64,000 nucleotides of DNA from Selaginella moellendorffii (Eukaryota > Plantae > Lycopodiophyta): positions 1,812,117 to 1,876,116 of the forward strand of contig NW_003314261.1 of NCBI RefSeq assembly GCF_000143415.4, given 5' to 3'. Positions 38,055 to 51,188 of the stretch are shown here, piece by piece. Below the pieces are notes generated by a model. The model was given only the letters and a program-made list of their open reading frames with translations. It had not been told where the DNA came from and made no database searches. Numbering within the stretch: position 1 is the stretch's first letter; each line of letters starts with the position of its first letter. A program made the position numbers and the translations under genes.

Positions 38055-39494
38055 TTAGAAGAAAGCTCGACTGCCATAGAAGACCCTGGGCGTGTTAGAA
38101 CTAGTCAAGTTTCTCTTACCTCCACCGCTGCTCTCACCACTCCTCTCGGAGCCACTGCTAGAGTTGTTGTTGTCATTCGTGTTCTTGGTGTCTTTGCTGT
38201 TAGTCGTCTCCGAGGAGGCGGCCTCGTCCAGCTTGATCAATCCGTTCTCGTCCACCGGGAGCTGCATCTTTGCGAGAGCGTCGGAGAATTGCTGCATGCT
38301 CCTGGTGTACATGTCCATGATCTCCTGCTGCATTATCCTCGGCTCCGGCTGGATCACAGGCTTGCTCACGAAACCAAACTTTGCGGCCTCCTCGTCGCTC
38401 ATTACTCCGCCCTCTCCACCACCGCCGAGCTCCGCAGCTCTGCCATGTTTCTCCTCGTCCGCCTTGCTGATGGAGAGATCCTCCTTCGGCTTCGAGCTGG
38501 GAGTGGGAGTTACGCCGTTACTGACGGACGATTCCAGCAACGATGGGCTCGCCGGAACGTCTAGCTGCTTGAGTCCCGGCTTGGAGATGTTTTCCTTCTC
38601 ACCGCCGCTAGCTGCTGGAGCCGAGAAGAGTTTATCCGTCCCTTGTTCTACCACCGACTGCTCGTCGTCCAGCTCCGGAACTTCATCTTCAGACCGCGCC
38701 TCGTCCGCTGCTAAACTCTTCCTCACAGCCGCGCAGTCGAGCTTGAGAAACGGAGGACCTGTGTAGATACCATCGTCCTTGGCAGCCGCTTCCACATTCT
38801 GTTTCCTCTGGATGAAATCCGAGACGAGCTCCTCGTCCTCCCGAGCGTCGGCAAGGTCCGCAAAAGCCACCACCTTGGAGTCTATGCCGTCGAGGCTGCT
38901 GGCCGAGAGGTTCGAGGTGGTGGAGTTGCACACCGTCACTTCGCAATCGTTGCTTTCTTCTGGGCTTGCCTTGTCACCGAGCTTCGTGATCTCTTCAAAC
39001 TTGAGACTCATGGTGATGCTTCCTGCCGGTGAGTGGAACAGCTCCGTGGACGAGAGCTCAAACTCGTTAAACTCCTTGTCTTTCCCGACCAGTGTGGACA
39101 GCGGTATGGTGACTGCCCCCAGAAGCTGGTCCTGGAGATAGTCGCGCATCTTGCTGGCCATCCACACCTCGCACCTCAAAGCACGGTCACTTTGCACGAG
39201 AGAAGTGCAAAACTTCTGGTTGAAAACTGGATCTTTACCTCCTTTGTCGACCACCTCCGTGTAGAACGCTGTTGGCCCGCTCCCGCCGGCGGCGTCGTTG
39301 AGCGATAGCTTGGCGTACACGTCCTGCTTGGCGTAAATGCAAATGTTGTGGAGGTTGCGAGCTTGGTGAACTTCCACTTCCAGAATGCCGCCAGCAGCGC
39401 TGGCGGGAGCACCGTTCGCAGCAGCCTGGCCTCGCACGGGCGGGTGCTCGGCGGTGAAAGGAGCAAAACCATTCGGAAACTCGGACGACGCCAT
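38055..39494 (-). CDS. C2/CaLB-domain protein, intronless
   Basis: N-terminal C2 domain (LEVEVHQARNLHNICIYAKQDVYAKL..GGKDPVFN..YLQDQLLG), MQQEIMDMYTRSMQQF and a conserved plant C-terminal RVFYGSRAFF. Confidence 0.92.
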   Translation of the reverse strand: MASSEFPNGFAPFTAEHPPVRGQAAANGAPASAAGGILEVEVHQARNLHNICIYAKQDVYAKLSLNDAAGGSGPTAFYTEVVDKGGKDPVFNQKFCTSLVQSDRALRCEVWMASKMRDYLQDQLLGAVTIPLSTLVGKDKEFNEFELSSTELFHSPAGSITMSLKFEEITKLGDKASPEESNDCEVTVCNSTTSNLSASSLDGIDSKVVAFADLADAREDEELVSDFIQRKQNVEAAAKDDGIYTGPPFLKLDCAAVRKSLAADEARSEDEVPELDDEQSVVEQGTDKLFSAPAASGGEKENISKPGLKQLDVPASPSLLESSVSNGVTPTPSSKPKEDLSISKADEEKHGRAAELGGGGEGGVMSDEEAAKFGFVSKPVIQPEPRIMQQEIMDMYTRSMQQFSDALAKMQLPVDENGLIKLDEAASSETTNSKDTKNTNDNNNSSSGSERSGESSGGGKRNLTSSNTPRVFYGSRAFF

Positions 39495-40659
39495 CGCTCA
39501 CAGCTAGAAAAGAAAGAAAAACACTAGAGCTCTCAGACACAAGAGATGGTTTGGGCAGAGAAGAAGAGCTTCAAGAGCGTTACGAAGGGATATTGCGGAG
39601 ATAAAGCTCACGGCTCAAAAAGGAAAAGCTGGAGACCCGAGCAGAAAAACTAGACTAGAAAACAGTTTTTTAGATTCGTCTAGCACAGGAAGCTGCCACA
39701 GTGACCCCTGAAGACCATGAATATGTCATAAGGAGACGTGTAGCGTTTAAACAAAGACCAGACGAGGCTCCGGGAAAAAAAAATTGAAAAAAAAACGACT
39801 CAACAGTGAAACCATGTAGCCTCTCGCTCGGCCAGAGGAAATCTCGCTGCCTAGACCGCCACAGGAGGCACTGCTAACCCTACAATCGTGTTCTCTGGGG
39901 AACAGGAGACGAATTTCGCAGCTCTCGACTCGACTCTCTAGGATCGAGCACAAACCTCGGGAAACCGCCGTCGCGCAGGAGGGAAATCCACGCCCGCCAC
40001 CGAAATGTGAGGCGAATTTGAGAGCGCGCGCATCCAATCGCGAGGAACACGAGCGCCCGCCAGAAGCGAGAGAAGTAGAAATGGAAATAGGGGTTTTGTT
40101 CTTCCCCAGTGAGCAACGTCTTTGACCATCCGTCAGTCATATATCAGGAAACAACCCCTTTGACTAAAGTAGGATATTCCGCTCAAAAGAAAGCGGTGTT
40201 GGATCGTCAATATTTAGTGACGTGTTGGCTCCTTTTTTATATTAAAATCCCATATACATACTTGTTATTTACAGTAATTTTTGGTTTGCTTAAGCAAACG
40301 ACTGAGTGGATATATTTAAAATATATTTGAATATTTTCAAATATTCTACATCTAACGGTTGTTATTCATTTAAATTAATTTTGTATTTATAATTTATAAA
40401 CATGTTTATAATCTATAAGCTTGCTTAAACCCTTTCTAGTATATTCTCTTTTATTCTATCATCTAATCAATAAAATTAATCTTGTGTTTATAAATTACAA
40501 ACATGCTTATAATAATAAACTTTATTTAATCAATTAAATTAATAAGTAATAATAAAATTACTGCGTAGCAATTTATTTAGTATTATTTGTTCCTGTTGGT
40601 GTTTAACACAAAATCTTTGATTTTTTTAATCTAACGGTTCTGTTTAGGGAAATGACATT

Positions 40660-40947
40660 TAACTATCCTTCGCCTTGGATAAAACCATTCGAGACGACGA
40701 AGGGATTCACTACGCCTTCACCCTGGAAGATCCCGTCAGCACGAGAAAGATGGAAGTGTGGACGAACCAGCCACGAGTCCAGTTCTACTCCGGTAACCAG
40801 ATAGTGAGCATTCAAGGGAAAGGCGGGGCTGTCTACTCCAAATATGCTGGAGACTCGAGGCTTTCCCAACGCTGTCAACCAGCCAAACTTTCCCCGCGTG
40901 ATCCTCAACCCGAAGAAGTCTATAACCGTGTCATGGTTCATAGCTAG
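40660..40947 (+). pseudogene. Aldose 1-epimerase (galactose mutarotase) 3' fragment
   Basis: LEDPVSTRKMEVWTNQPRVQFYSGN..GKGGAVYSKYA (frameshift) LETRGFPNAVNQPNFP; no 5' part, preceded by AT-rich DNA. Confidence 0.8.
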
Positions 40948-41108
40948 ACGCTACTGCCTGATCACATAGAAACTTGTTAATATCATACATTCAAAGAAAG
41001 TTCTTGAGTTTTTACCTGAGCTCGTTACCAATCGAAGAGAACTAAGTTCAGCAGCTCCTTGTGAGCTGTCGGTCATTTTGAGAATCCAAGTGTGTTAAGG
41101 GACGAAGA

Positions 41109-43565
41109 CTAACACTCCAAGAGATCATGTGTTGTATCGTTTGGTTCTAGGCCCGCCTCGGTCATTTCTTCCAAAAGCTTTCGAGCCAAGTCGGCTCGGC
41201 CCGACTTGCAGTAGCCCCCGATGAGAGTGTTGCAAGTCTCGATGTCTGGACAGCAGCCGAGCTTGGACATTCTCTGGACGAGCTCGTACGCGTCGTCCAC
41301 CTTTGCGGCACTGCATAGCCACGAGATGACCACGTTAACCGTGGAGATCTCGGGTGCCGGACCAGCTGAAACCATAGCCTCGAAGACTTGAGTAGCTTCG
41401 TCCCACCTTTGGAGCCTCGACAGTCCAGAGAGAAGCCGGTTATACGACGAGACTGCCGCTGCAAAGCCTCTCTCGGACATTTTGTGAAGTAGCTGCTTGG
41501 CGTCGTCTGTTTTTCCCACCTGGCACAGTGATTCTACCAGCGCGTCCACGGCTGAGGAGCTCGGATTAAACTTACGGTCCCGCTTGTCAATCACTTGCTC
41601 CAGGACAGCAAGTGCCTTGTCGTGCTTGCTTGCTCTTGCCATGCCTTCGACAACTAAGTTGTAGATGAGAGCATCATCGGTGCAGCCTCTAGCGGCCATA
41701 GAATCGAAGAGTTGTATGGCTCTCTCCGTGTGGTTTCCTTCAAAGAGCCCCCCAAGAACAGCGCTTAACGTATTGACTCTGGGAGGAAAGCCTTTGGATG
41801 CCATTTCTTCCACGAGCTCTACGACTTCCACCGCTCTCGACGTCTTGCAGTACTCGAGAATCAAGCTGGTGTACGTTGCCAAGTCGGGTGAGAATCCCTT
41901 GTCGACCAGCATGGAAAAAATTCGGCAAGCGTCCGCCATCCTGCCCAACGCAGCGTAACCATGGAACAGCGTGCTGTAAGTGACTGCGTTGGCCGCGGAC
42001 ACACCACTCTCCGGGATCGTCTGGAAAAGCTGGAATGCCTCGTCGACTTGGAAGCTCTTGCACAAACCATCTATCAGACTGTTGTAGGTGATGATATCCG
42101 GTGCGCAGCCTGTTTCTCTCATCCGGTGGTAAAGCTGGCGCGCCTCCTCGATCCGCTTGGCCTTGCAAAGCCCATCGATAAGAATGTTGTGCGTGACAAC
42201 GTTGGGCGGACAGTTCCTTCTTTCCATAAGCTGGAAGAGCTCATAGGCGTCGTCAACCTGACCTTGCTTGCAAAGCCCGTTTATAACCGTGCTGTAAGTC
42301 ACGACGTTTGGCGAGCAGCCCCCCATCACCATCTTCTCCAGAAGCTGCTGAGCTTCTCCGACCCTGTTCGCCTTGCAAAGTCCCGTGATCAAGATCGTGA
42401 AGGTGAAGACGTTTGGCACGCAGCCTTTCTCGATCATCACCTCGAGGAGCTTGTACGCGCTGTCGAGATCCTTGGCCTTGCAGAACCCGTTGATGACGAG
42501 ATTGAACATTAGAACAGTCGGCGTGAAGCCCTTCGCGATCACCACTCCCAAAACTTTGGAGGCCAGCTCCACAGAGTTGTACTTGTTGCACAGCCTCTGG
42601 ATGATGGTCTCGAAAGCGGCATCGCTGTTACCCATCCCACGCTGTATAACATCCTCGAGCACCCGAAAAGCCTGTTCTTCGCTCCCAAACTTGCAGAGCC
42701 CATCGATCAGTGTGCTGAAAGTCACCGTGTCAGGAGCACAGCCTTGGGCGACCATCTCACGGAGCATACCTTGCGCTTCATCAAACTTCCCAGCCTTGCA
42801 GAGCGCATGGACGAGCGCGGTGTAAGTCATCACGTCGGGAGCACAGTCCTTGGCCATGGCTCGAAAGTGCTCCAGCGCTTCCACCACACGACCTGCATCA
42901 CACAGTCCCTTCATGAGAGTGGTGTGGACAACGGCATTGCCCTCAAACCCGCTGCTTTTCATCTCCTCGAGGAGCTGGATGGCGATGTCCAAATCACCGG
43001 CAGAGGAAAATCCCCGGATCAAGATGCCATACGTGAACTTGTTGGGCATACAAATCCTGGCCATGGCGTTGCGGAAGAGCGCCAGAGCTTCTTGACGGCG
43101 ATTGAGCCGGCACAGCATGTCGAGAGCGCAGTTGCAGCTAAAGACATTGTGGCCGACTCGCGATCGCGCCCAATCGAAGAAGAGGAGGACGAGCTCCGGC
43201 TTGTCCATGCACTGCATCACTCTGCCAGCCTTGTCCGGCCCTAGATTCTCGACTCGCCCGGCCAGAGCATCGTCCAGATCATCTCCCGGCCTCACGGCAT
43301 CGAGAGCTTCCAGGATCGGCTGCAAATCCATAGGAATGCTGGAGACCCTGTCGGGACGTCGCCATGGGGACTTGGGATTCTCGAACCGCGCCCTGTCGGG
43401 CCTTGGCGCCGGGATTTCTTGCTGCTGGGAAACCCTAGGAGATGGAGAAGAAGATGGATGTCCCAGCGCCGCATTGAGCTGGAAAGAAGAGGAGCATAGC
43501 CCTGTGGATGGCGAGGAGGGATTGAACGCCGAGGCGCGCAGTGGCAGCGCTGATGCTGCAGCCAT
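41109..43565 (-). CDS. P-class pentatricopeptide repeat protein with transit peptide
   Basis: Tandem 35-aa PPR motifs (PNVVTYSTVINGLCKQGQVDDAYELF etc.), no E/DYW domain, intronless; first ATG at 43565. Confidence 0.96.
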   Translation of the reverse strand: MAAASALPLRASAFNPSSPSTGLCSSSFQLNAALGHPSSSPSPRVSQQQEIPAPRPDRARFENPKSPWRRPDRVSSIPMDLQPILEALDAVRPGDDLDDALAGRVENLGPDKAGRVMQCMDKPELVLLFFDWARSRVGHNVFSCNCALDMLCRLNRRQEALALFRNAMARICMPNKFTYGILIRGFSSAGDLDIAIQLLEEMKSSGFEGNAVVHTTLMKGLCDAGRVVEALEHFRAMAKDCAPDVMTYTALVHALCKAGKFDEAQGMLREMVAQGCAPDTVTFSTLIDGLCKFGSEEQAFRVLEDVIQRGMGNSDAAFETIIQRLCNKYNSVELASKVLGVVIAKGFTPTVLMFNLVINGFCKAKDLDSAYKLLEVMIEKGCVPNVFTFTILITGLCKANRVGEAQQLLEKMVMGGCSPNVVTYSTVINGLCKQGQVDDAYELFQLMERRNCPPNVVTHNILIDGLCKAKRIEEARQLYHRMRETGCAPDIITYNSLIDGLCKSFQVDEAFQLFQTIPESGVSAANAVTYSTLFHGYAALGRMADACRIFSMLVDKGFSPDLATYTSLILEYCKTSRAVEVVELVEEMASKGFPPRVNTLSAVLGGLFEGNHTERAIQLFDSMAARGCTDDALIYNLVVEGMARASKHDKALAVLEQVIDKRDRKFNPSSSAVDALVESLCQVGKTDDAKQLLHKMSERGFAAAVSSYNRLLSGLSRLQRWDEATQVFEAMVSAGPAPEISTVNVVISWLCSAAKVDDAYELVQRMSKLGCCPDIETCNTLIGGYCKSGRADLARKLLEEMTEAGLEPNDTTHDLLEC

Positions 43566-43699
43566 AACGTAAACCCTGCGCGCCACATTAGCCTCAAAAT
43601 GCGGTATAATCTATTTTGATTTTTTATTCTTTATGCCTTTACACGGTTGATCTGCTGTGAGTTTTGAAATTTTCTTTTGTGGTCAATCCATCTCAACCA

Positions 43700-46600
43700 T
43701 CCCTTATGTGAGGATGTTCAAGCTGATACCAAGTCTAGTTCTTACATTTGTAATGTTGTGGCTCTTGGAGAGGATGAAATATATTATCTCTTTGACTAAC
43801 ACTAGATATGCCATAGAAACATGAAAGACCAATCATAGACGAATCAAATGAATGCGTAGAGAGACATAGCCCTCTTGCCGATTGGACGTATACAATAATA
43901 GTATGAAAAAAAGAGATAGTATAGTATAAGGTGGAAAAAAAGTACATTTTATTCTAAATAAAATTCTATTCCTTTTAATGTGAAGCTATCTTAACAATAT
44001 CATAAGGCCTAGACTTGTTGCAATAGGCCAAGAAAGAGAAAACCAAAATGGAATAAAAAAAGAATAGGAATTAGAGGAAAAACTGAAAGGGAAAAACTCT
44101 TGGGACAAATTGAACACTTACAATGCCTAAGGTGAAGGAAATGTTTAGAGAAAAGAAAAATAAGACAGTGAAATAAATGAGAGGATGAATAGTGAAAGTA
44201 GAGCTCTAGGAAAATACAAATTTGAAAAATATTTTGTTGAAATAACCTGTAGTGCTTAGGAATAAGATGAAGAAAAATGAAGTTACTCAAAACACTTTTA
44301 TAAAAAAACAAGTTACTAAGGGGTTAATATACAAAAAGGATTGAGAGTTATAGAAAGAACAACCATGTCAAACAATAAGGCCACCAAACAATTAAAATTT
44401 TAAGCTTTATTCAAGAAAAAGAGAATGAGCAAAGAAACTAAAAGAAACATGCCTAAATTTAAGACTCAGGAGATGTTGTTGACTGGAATAATTTTGGAGT
44501 ATTTTGTTATACTAAACAATATTCTTGTTAAAATTTTAGTAATTAAATAAATAGTTTTAGTTAACCAATATTTATCTTCTACTTTAGAAGGATTTAAAAA
44601 CTTAATATAACAAACTTATATTCAAGTAAACCAATAGTCTTAAATTTTTAGCAGCAATAATTATTGATTATCATAATCTTGGTGGTTTCCTATTCTACAC
44701 TAGTTTATCAGATAATAATTTCCTTAAAATAACTCTTATTTTACACTTAAGTTAAAGTATTGTATTAATATTAAATTCAGTGTCTGAAAAACAAAAATCT
44801 AAAACTACATCATAAATAAGAGAAGTCTAACTCTAATAAATAGCATTAATAAAGTAAAAAACATTTAGTATAAAACTATTTAATTAATAATATGGAATTG
44901 ACTTTCTATGAGGTTTGTCTTCTTTCCCTATATTTTATATTAATAGTATTATAAAATTCATAATTTATATTTTGATATTATATAGTGATGGATTTAAAGT
45001 TAAGAATTTGAATTCACCTTCTTATTTACAATTTCAAAACTATAAATTTTACACTCATGGTAATAATATTGTTACTTAATGCTAGCACATTTAATTTTTC
45101 TTTCAAATGCAATGCTTTTAAGTATATTGTTTTTTCTTCTTTCAACTAAGTATTTATTATTTTTGTTTTAAGAACTCTTGAGAAAAACATTGAGTTTAAT
45201 TATAAAGTGTTCTTTTTAAATTTAAAGCATTATATTCATTAAATTATATAAACTATTATATAAATTTTTAAATTAAAAGTTCTTAGGAAGTCACCCATCC
45301 TAGTATTGCTCAAACCTTTACTCAAACTTTTACTCAAAGACAATTAGTTACATATATCTGAAAACCTTTAATTGATTAAGAAAGGAGGTGTAATTTTATT
45401 TATAAATATTTTCTTTTTATATCTGACATAATGAATTATTTTTTAAGTTGTACTCCTTAAGTACTTACAATTCTCTAAAATTCATACCTTTCTAATCTAA
45501 CATAACAAACATAACATATTTGAACTAAAAACTCTAACTCAAAAAGTCAAAAATAACTTTAAAAACATTTGAGGAATAAGTATGAAGCAATTGAGAAATG
45601 AGCACAAAGTAGCTGATAAGTGAGTCTTTAGAAAATGATAAAATAAATTTTTAACATGTGGCAAGTATTATAAAACATGGTAGTGTCAAGACCAAAGTTT
45701 TAGAACCCAATAACTCAAAATGGAGAAATGTCAAAACCATCTCACCCCACCAAAAATCCAAGTGAATGCAAAACATATTGAAGGCCCAATATATTTGGGG
45801 CCAAACATATTGGGGCTAAACATATTTAAGTGCATTTTACAAACCCTGAGGGATTTAGTAAGTCCTTCTAGAATAATGAAGGGAAGGATTTTAAGGGAAC
45901 TAGTGCAAAGAAGGCATATTTATGTGGTGGGTGATGATATGAATATTAAAAAGTTCAAAGCTAAAATGAATAGAAATAGATAAATGGTGACTTGATAAAG
46001 TGTTCAAAAGATAATTCTAATTACTTTGGGAGATTAAATTGTCAATTCTCCCAATCCAAGTATAGGTGGCACAACTTATTTGAATACTTAATATGGCTTA
46101 TTGAAACTTTGTTCTAGCCAAATAGCTAGGGCACTTTGGTGGTTGAAGTTGGGGAGAGTACCTTTAAGGCTTATACTAAATTGCAATATTCAAAATCTTA
46201 TTCCAAAATCCTTGATTATGGAAAAAAAAAGTTGTTCTCTTGATTAAGATGTGGCTGCATGATGAAGAAGTCTTAAAAGTTAGTAGGATTTAGTGGATAG
46301 ACCTTTAGATTTTAACCCAATGGCAGTGTTAGTGATCACTATTGTGATTGAAGAAGGATTTGGTAGGGATTTAAAAAGTGATATTAAAGGATGTACTATA
46401 GTTTAGTTTAATGTTTCTCTAATTGATGTTATAATTATAGTAGAATAAGAATAATTTTATAATCACCTCCCTCCCTCAAAAGATAGATAACAACACATTG
46501 GGAGATTGACATTAGAGTAAGATATACAAGAAGGATAAAAATGTGATGAAGAACACTAACATATGGTAATGGTATAAAATCTAGGATTATGATATAATTA

Positions 46601-48000
46601 TACCAAAGACTTGTAAAATTTATGATTTTACAATATAATTTTAATGCATGAAATAGTTTATTATTTAGCTTTCTATACTTTGATAAGTCTTCATTAAAGA
46701 TGGAACAAATCTTGAAAGCTTTGATCATTAAACTTTACGTTACATGATTCTGTCTACCTTGCTCCAGTCAGTGTGCAACACCACATAGTGACTTTGTAAA
46801 TAAAAGAGAGCATAGGATGTATTTTAGAAAGCTTACAAATGGAAGTCATATTTGCAGTAGCATTGCTATCTTACACTTGTCCTCACATATATACATATTA
46901 TTATTATCTATAGGAAGAAGATTTACTATTCTTGAAACTCAGAATTAAATAATTATTTTAAGTATTTATTTAAATATAAATATGTTAAATATACATATAA
47001 TATATAATAGAGAGAGAACGATATTAAGTTAATTCCTTTATATTTTTCATATTATAGGGGCTAAAAGTGATAAAACATAATGATTGCAAGGTTTGTATTA
47101 CCTACTTTGATATTTTTAACATTTACATGCATTTTTTCTGAAGATATTGAATATGAAATAGGCCAGCTTAATGCTTTAACTAAAGAAGTAGCAAAAAATA
47201 TTATAATTAATATTTAAAAAGAAATTAGTAAAATACCAGACAATATAATTCCTTTTGGTCAAAAGATATTTCTGATATTATCTCATTTGGTATTTATGCT
47301 TTAAATACAGTTTTTCAAATTTGTCATGTAGACAATGATGGTAATTCAAATGGAGGACTTATTATGAGAAGTTCATTATATGAAATTTTAGGAGGTTCTG
47401 CTTGTCATATATTAAATTCAGCTGCTTCATATATAATTAATAAAACAAATCATTTTATTGTTTACTATTTTGTTAGAAACTATAATTGTCAAAATGTTAA
47501 TCAAAATATAGATATAAAAACATATATAAATATAAATATTGGATGTGACATTTTTACATATGCCTTAATAAGTGGTTATACTAATATGCCCCATCAATAT
47601 GTATTTCAATCACAATCTTTAATCTCCTTAAATAAAAAGGCACATTTATATCTAGATATTTATTGTAATTTAATAGTTTATTCACTAAATAAAATTTTTT
47701 TGGTCAACAAAATTATCAAATAAAGGCTTCAAATGCATTTTAAGACTACAAGAAGATGGAAATTTAGTTTTATATTCTTATGATAAAAGTGTTGTTTGGC
47801 ATTCAAATACATATTGTAAATATAAACATTGTCATGAAAATGCAAATTTAGTAATGAAAAATAATTGTAATTTATTTTTGTATTTTATATATCAAACAAC
47901 ATTAAGCACTAAACCGTTAACTAAAGTTTCGTTAGAAAATAAAATTTCTGAATCTGTTTTTTCAAGGCAGTTTTGTATTTTGCAATGCATCATGTGTTTG
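43700..48000. mobile_element. AT-rich, highly decayed TE-derived region (class unresolved)
   Basis: Strong CpG depletion and AT bias with no recognisable intact ORF. Confidence 0.35.
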
Positions 48001-48359
48001 ATACTATTCTTAAAAGTTAAATTTGAAACATTTTAACCATGTTGAAATATAACCAAATAGATTGCTTGCTTCCCGGGATTTTCAGTTGCCTTACGTCCTT
48101 TGCTTCTCCTATATTTTGCGACCTATTCTTCCAACAACACCCCTTCCTGAGGAGCATTCCTTCCACGCAACTCTTATCCACAAGCCAAGCAATCCTCCTC
48201 CGCTGCTATAAAATAAAACTGAGCATCAAGTTCTTACCAAAAGATGGTCCCTTTGATGCTCGCCTGCTTCCTCTTTCACTCGCTCCACTTCGTCCTCGTC
48301 CTTGCCAAGAACAAGTAATCGATCCTCTGACCACTGTCTCTATAGATCAATCATCCTCC

Positions 48360-49754
48360 ATGGCTCCAGCGTTCTTTCGTCTAGCATTTCTCCTAGTCAG
48401 CCTCCTGTCCAGCTTCGTCTCGCCCTCCCCGGTCTTGAGAATGGACCTCACAATGCGCAACGTCTCGTGCAACGATCTCGCGGGCTCAGGTTTGGGGGAT
48501 CCGCTTCTCCACAAGCTGTCGTGCATGGCGAAGAAGACCACCTTTCGGGCAAACCGGATGGTCCAGGCGCTGAGGAGCAAGCTCGCCGCCTCGTCTCTCA
48601 TCACCAGCGAGGTTCCATACCCGCCGTCCGTGAGCACCGACTACGAGAGCCCCGTCGCCTCCGGCGGTGGTGACTACGTCACGACGATCTCCCTGGGCAC
48701 TCCAGCCAAGGTGTTCTCCGTGATCGCGGACACCGGCAGCGATCTGATATGGATCCAGTGCAAGCCGTGCCAGGCGTGCTTCAACCAGAAGGATCCAATC
48801 TTCGATCCGGAAGGCTCGTCATCCTACACCACCATGTCCTGCGGAGACACCCTCTGCGATTCCTTGCCGAGGAAGTCGTGCTCCCCGAACTGCGACTACT
48901 CGTACGGCTATGGCGATGGCTCTGGAACCCGAGGAACGCTGTCGTCCGAGACCGTCACCTTGACGAGCACCCAGGGAGAGAAGCTGGCCGCCAAGAACAT
49001 CGCCTTCGGCTGCGGCCATCTCAATCGCGGGAGCTTCAATGACGCCTCTGGCCTCGTGGGTCTTGGCCGGGGCAATCTCTCGTTCGTCTCCCAGCTGGGC
49101 GATCTCTTCGGCCACAAATTCTCCTACTGCTTGGTTCCATGGCGAGACGCCCCCAGCAAAACCAGCCCAATGTTCTTCGGCGATGAAAGCTCCTCCCACT
49201 CCTCCGGGAAGAAACTCCACTACGCTTTCACTCCTATGATCCACAACCCGGCCATGGAGAGCTTCTACTACGTCAAGCTCAAGGACATCAGCATCGCTGG
49301 GCGGGCGCTGCGAATCCCAGCGGGATCCTTCGACATCAAACCCGATGGAAGCGGCGGGATGATCTTCGATTCCGGGACGACCCTGACGCTCCTGCCAGAT
49401 GCGCCTTACCAGATCGTGCTCCGGGCGCTGCGATCCAAGGTTTCCTTCCCTGAGATCGATGGATCCTCCGCGGGGCTTGACCTGTGCTACGATGTCTCGG
49501 GATCCAAGGCGAGCTACAAGAAGAAGATCCCGGCGATGGTGTTCCACTTCGAGGGCGCGGATCACCAGCTGCCCGTGGAGAACTACTTCATCGCCGCCAA
49601 CGATGCCGGGACGATTGTGTGCCTGGCGATGGTGAGCTCCAACATGGACATCGGGATCTATGGAAATATGATGCAGCAAAACTTCCGCGTGATGTACGAT
49701 ATCGGGAGCAGCAAGATTGGATGGGCGCCATCGCAATGCGATTCCTCACAGTGA
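48360..49754 (+). CDS. Secreted nepenthesin/CDR1-like A1 aspartic protease
   Basis: Signal peptide from ATG 48360, catalytic DTGSDLIW and DSGTT, Cys-rich NAP insert, GNMMQQNFRVMYD; intronless. Confidence 0.96.
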   Translation: MAPAFFRLAFLLVSLLSSFVSPSPVLRMDLTMRNVSCNDLAGSGLGDPLLHKLSCMAKKTTFRANRMVQALRSKLAASSLITSEVPYPPSVSTDYESPVASGGGDYVTTISLGTPAKVFSVIADTGSDLIWIQCKPCQACFNQKDPIFDPEGSSSYTTMSCGDTLCDSLPRKSCSPNCDYSYGYGDGSGTRGTLSSETVTLTSTQGEKLAAKNIAFGCGHLNRGSFNDASGLVGLGRGNLSFVSQLGDLFGHKFSYCLVPWRDAPSKTSPMFFGDESSSHSSGKKLHYAFTPMIHNPAMESFYYVKLKDISIAGRALRIPAGSFDIKPDGSGGMIFDSGTTLTLLPDAPYQIVLRALRSKVSFPEIDGSSAGLDLCYDVSGSKASYKKKIPAMVFHFEGADHQLPVENYFIAANDAGTIVCLAMVSSNMDIGIYGNMMQQNFRVMYDIGSSKIGWAPSQCDSSQ

Positions 49755-50035
49755 TTGATTCCCCCTGCCCAAGAACCCTAAATTCCTCTCCTGTGAATGG
49801 ATTTTTTAAAATTAAGCGTTGGATACCCGTTAAAAGTCTTAGAATTCAACGGTTGCGATCACTCCACGGCGATTTTCGTGAAAAGATAAGCCATCAACTC
49901 AAAGGAGCTAGGGTTCTAGGCAAGCGTGGAGGAAGAGAATTCTCGGCGCGCTCGATCGATCTCTGTCGAGCCGCATTCTCTCCCACAAGCAATTTCAGCT
50001 CTGGATTTATGAATGACGCTGATTCTGGCCCTCCA

Positions 50036-51188
50036 ATGTCGTCATACGGCCAGCGATTGGAAGCATCCGAGTCGACGCAATCGCTGCTCAGCCGGCGAGG
50101 ATCAGGTATTTGGCCAAAATCCCAATAAAGATCCCATCCAGGAGCTCCTGGAGCGCGGTAATCTCACCTCTCTTTTTTTTTTCCAGAATTTGGCAACAGA
50201 TACGTCCAGATCGACGACGCGGGCATCTATCTCTCCTCGCTCGCCGTCACAATCCTCCTCTCCTCGGTGGCCACCATCGGCATCCTCCTCTTCACGCTCG
50301 TCGTCACGCTCTCGGTGATGCTGGGGTCGTGCCAGAGCCAGCCGATGCTACTCCACGGATCATGGGGCGAGATGATCCGGGCTCCTCCTTGTCGTCAGGA
50401 AGAAGCCCGTGGGAATCCCTGCGAGAGCTTCCGGCTCAACGCGGAGATGAATAACCTCCAGGGCTGGCTCCTCCCCAGGGAGTGCTCCAGCTACGTCGGG
50501 AATTACATGGTCAATGGGCAGTACCTCCTGGATGTCGAAGCGGCCGTGGGCGCTGCCAGGAGCTACTTGGAGGCCATCGCTCCTGGTGGCGATGGTTTGG
50601 ACGCCATTGTCCTGGACATCGATGACACTGTGCTCTCCAACGTTCCATACTACACCGAGCATCAATTCGGGTAAAAAAACCATTCTTCGTTCGATCCTCT
50701 CTCTTGATCCAAAGCTTCTTCATGGCAGTGTAGAGCAATATAACGTGACCGCGTGGAACGAATGGGTGGAACAGGCCAGAGCCCCGCCTCTAAGATCGAT
50801 GCTTTCTCTGTATCGCCAGATGGTGGACGCGAACTGGTCCATGATCTTCATTACCGGGAGGCCCGAGCAGCAACGAAACAAGACCGCGGAGAATCTCTTC
50901 AAAGCCGGCTTCTCCGACTGGATGTCTTTGAATCTAAGGTAAGCTTTCTCGTTTTGCGCTTGACTCTCACGATCTGTTTGGTATTTTGGTTTGCTTCTCT
51001 TTACGTCTAGATTCCAGAACGAAGTTGGAACCACAGCAGTAAATTATAAGTCGAGTAGAAGGATGCACCTCGAGAGAAAGGGATACCGTATACGTGCCAG
51101 TATTGGCGACCAGTGGAGTGACTTGATTGGTCCCGCCGCTGGAAACAGAACCTTCAAGCTGCCGAATCCCATGTATTACATTTTTTAA
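50036..51188 (+). CDS. HAD subfamily IIIB acid phosphatase with N-terminal membrane anchor, multi-exon
   Basis: TM segment, CESFRLNAEMNNL, DIDDT (DxDxT), FITGRPE, IGDQWSDL..RTFKLPNPMYY. Confidence 0.92.

Noticed and set aside
48039-48359. 107-aa N-terminal extension of the aspartic protease ORF
   Set aside because: The signal peptide starts at ATG 48360; the upstream frame spans a TATA-like CTATAAAATA (~48206) promoter region.
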